Both the position numbers and the translations under genes were made by a program. Positions 63,997-64,000 of a stretch of 64,000 nucleotides of DNA are shown here, in pieces. The notes beneath the pieces are model-generated. The model was given only the letters and a program-made list of their open reading frames with translations. It was not told where the DNA came from and made no database searches. The stretch covers positions 32,001 to 96,000 of IMG/VR virus record IMGVR_UViG_2731957577_000001. One strand, given 5' to 3'. Within the stretch, counting starts at the first letter, position 1. Each line of letters starts with the position of its first letter. The DNA is from a virus. Taxonomy: Duplodnaviria > Caudoviricetes.

Positions 63997-64000
63997 GCGC

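Overview
A 64-kb segment of a large, probably temperate, tailed phage or prophage (possibly a plasmid-prophage) of a moderately GC-rich Bacillales host. Host clues are AAGGAGG-type RBSs, SigA-type promoters, a Bacillus-type LexA box and a RemA homolog. No terminase, portal, capsid or integrase lies in the window, so the phage call is inferred from gene content. Layout: (1) 1-28.7 kb, a baseplate/appendage module of giant multidomain proteins (Ig-like, PA14, thrombospondin-C-like, vWA) plus five paralogous coiled-coil genes; (2) 28.7-29.7 kb, two holin-like genes; (3) 29.8-55.9 kb, replication, recombination and nucleotide genes (Rad52-like annealase, AEP primase, ferritin, DnaB, class II RNR, RusA, sigma factor, Cas4-like nuclease, RemA, DnaE, MazG, phosphoesterase, Tmk); (4) 55.9-64 kb, an accessory region (surface proteins, SRAP, UDG, a Rep-like HTH protein). 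Most notable unannotated signals: (a) two back-to-back cassettes with type I toxin-antitoxin architecture (61.3-62.4 kb) encoding paralogous 30-31 aa beta-hairpin-like peptides missed by the ORF track; (b) seven otherwise unrelated small genes that all start MEL[IL]xxY[LVIM], several carrying virion-like domains; (c) a 14-bp palindromic operator (idealised TGTAATGCATTACA) recurring at seven intergenic or promoter regions; (d) a divergently encoded ~65-nt sRNA complementary to a putative antiterminator in the leader of the Rep-like gene. All domain calls are by motif recognition by eye; no searches were run.
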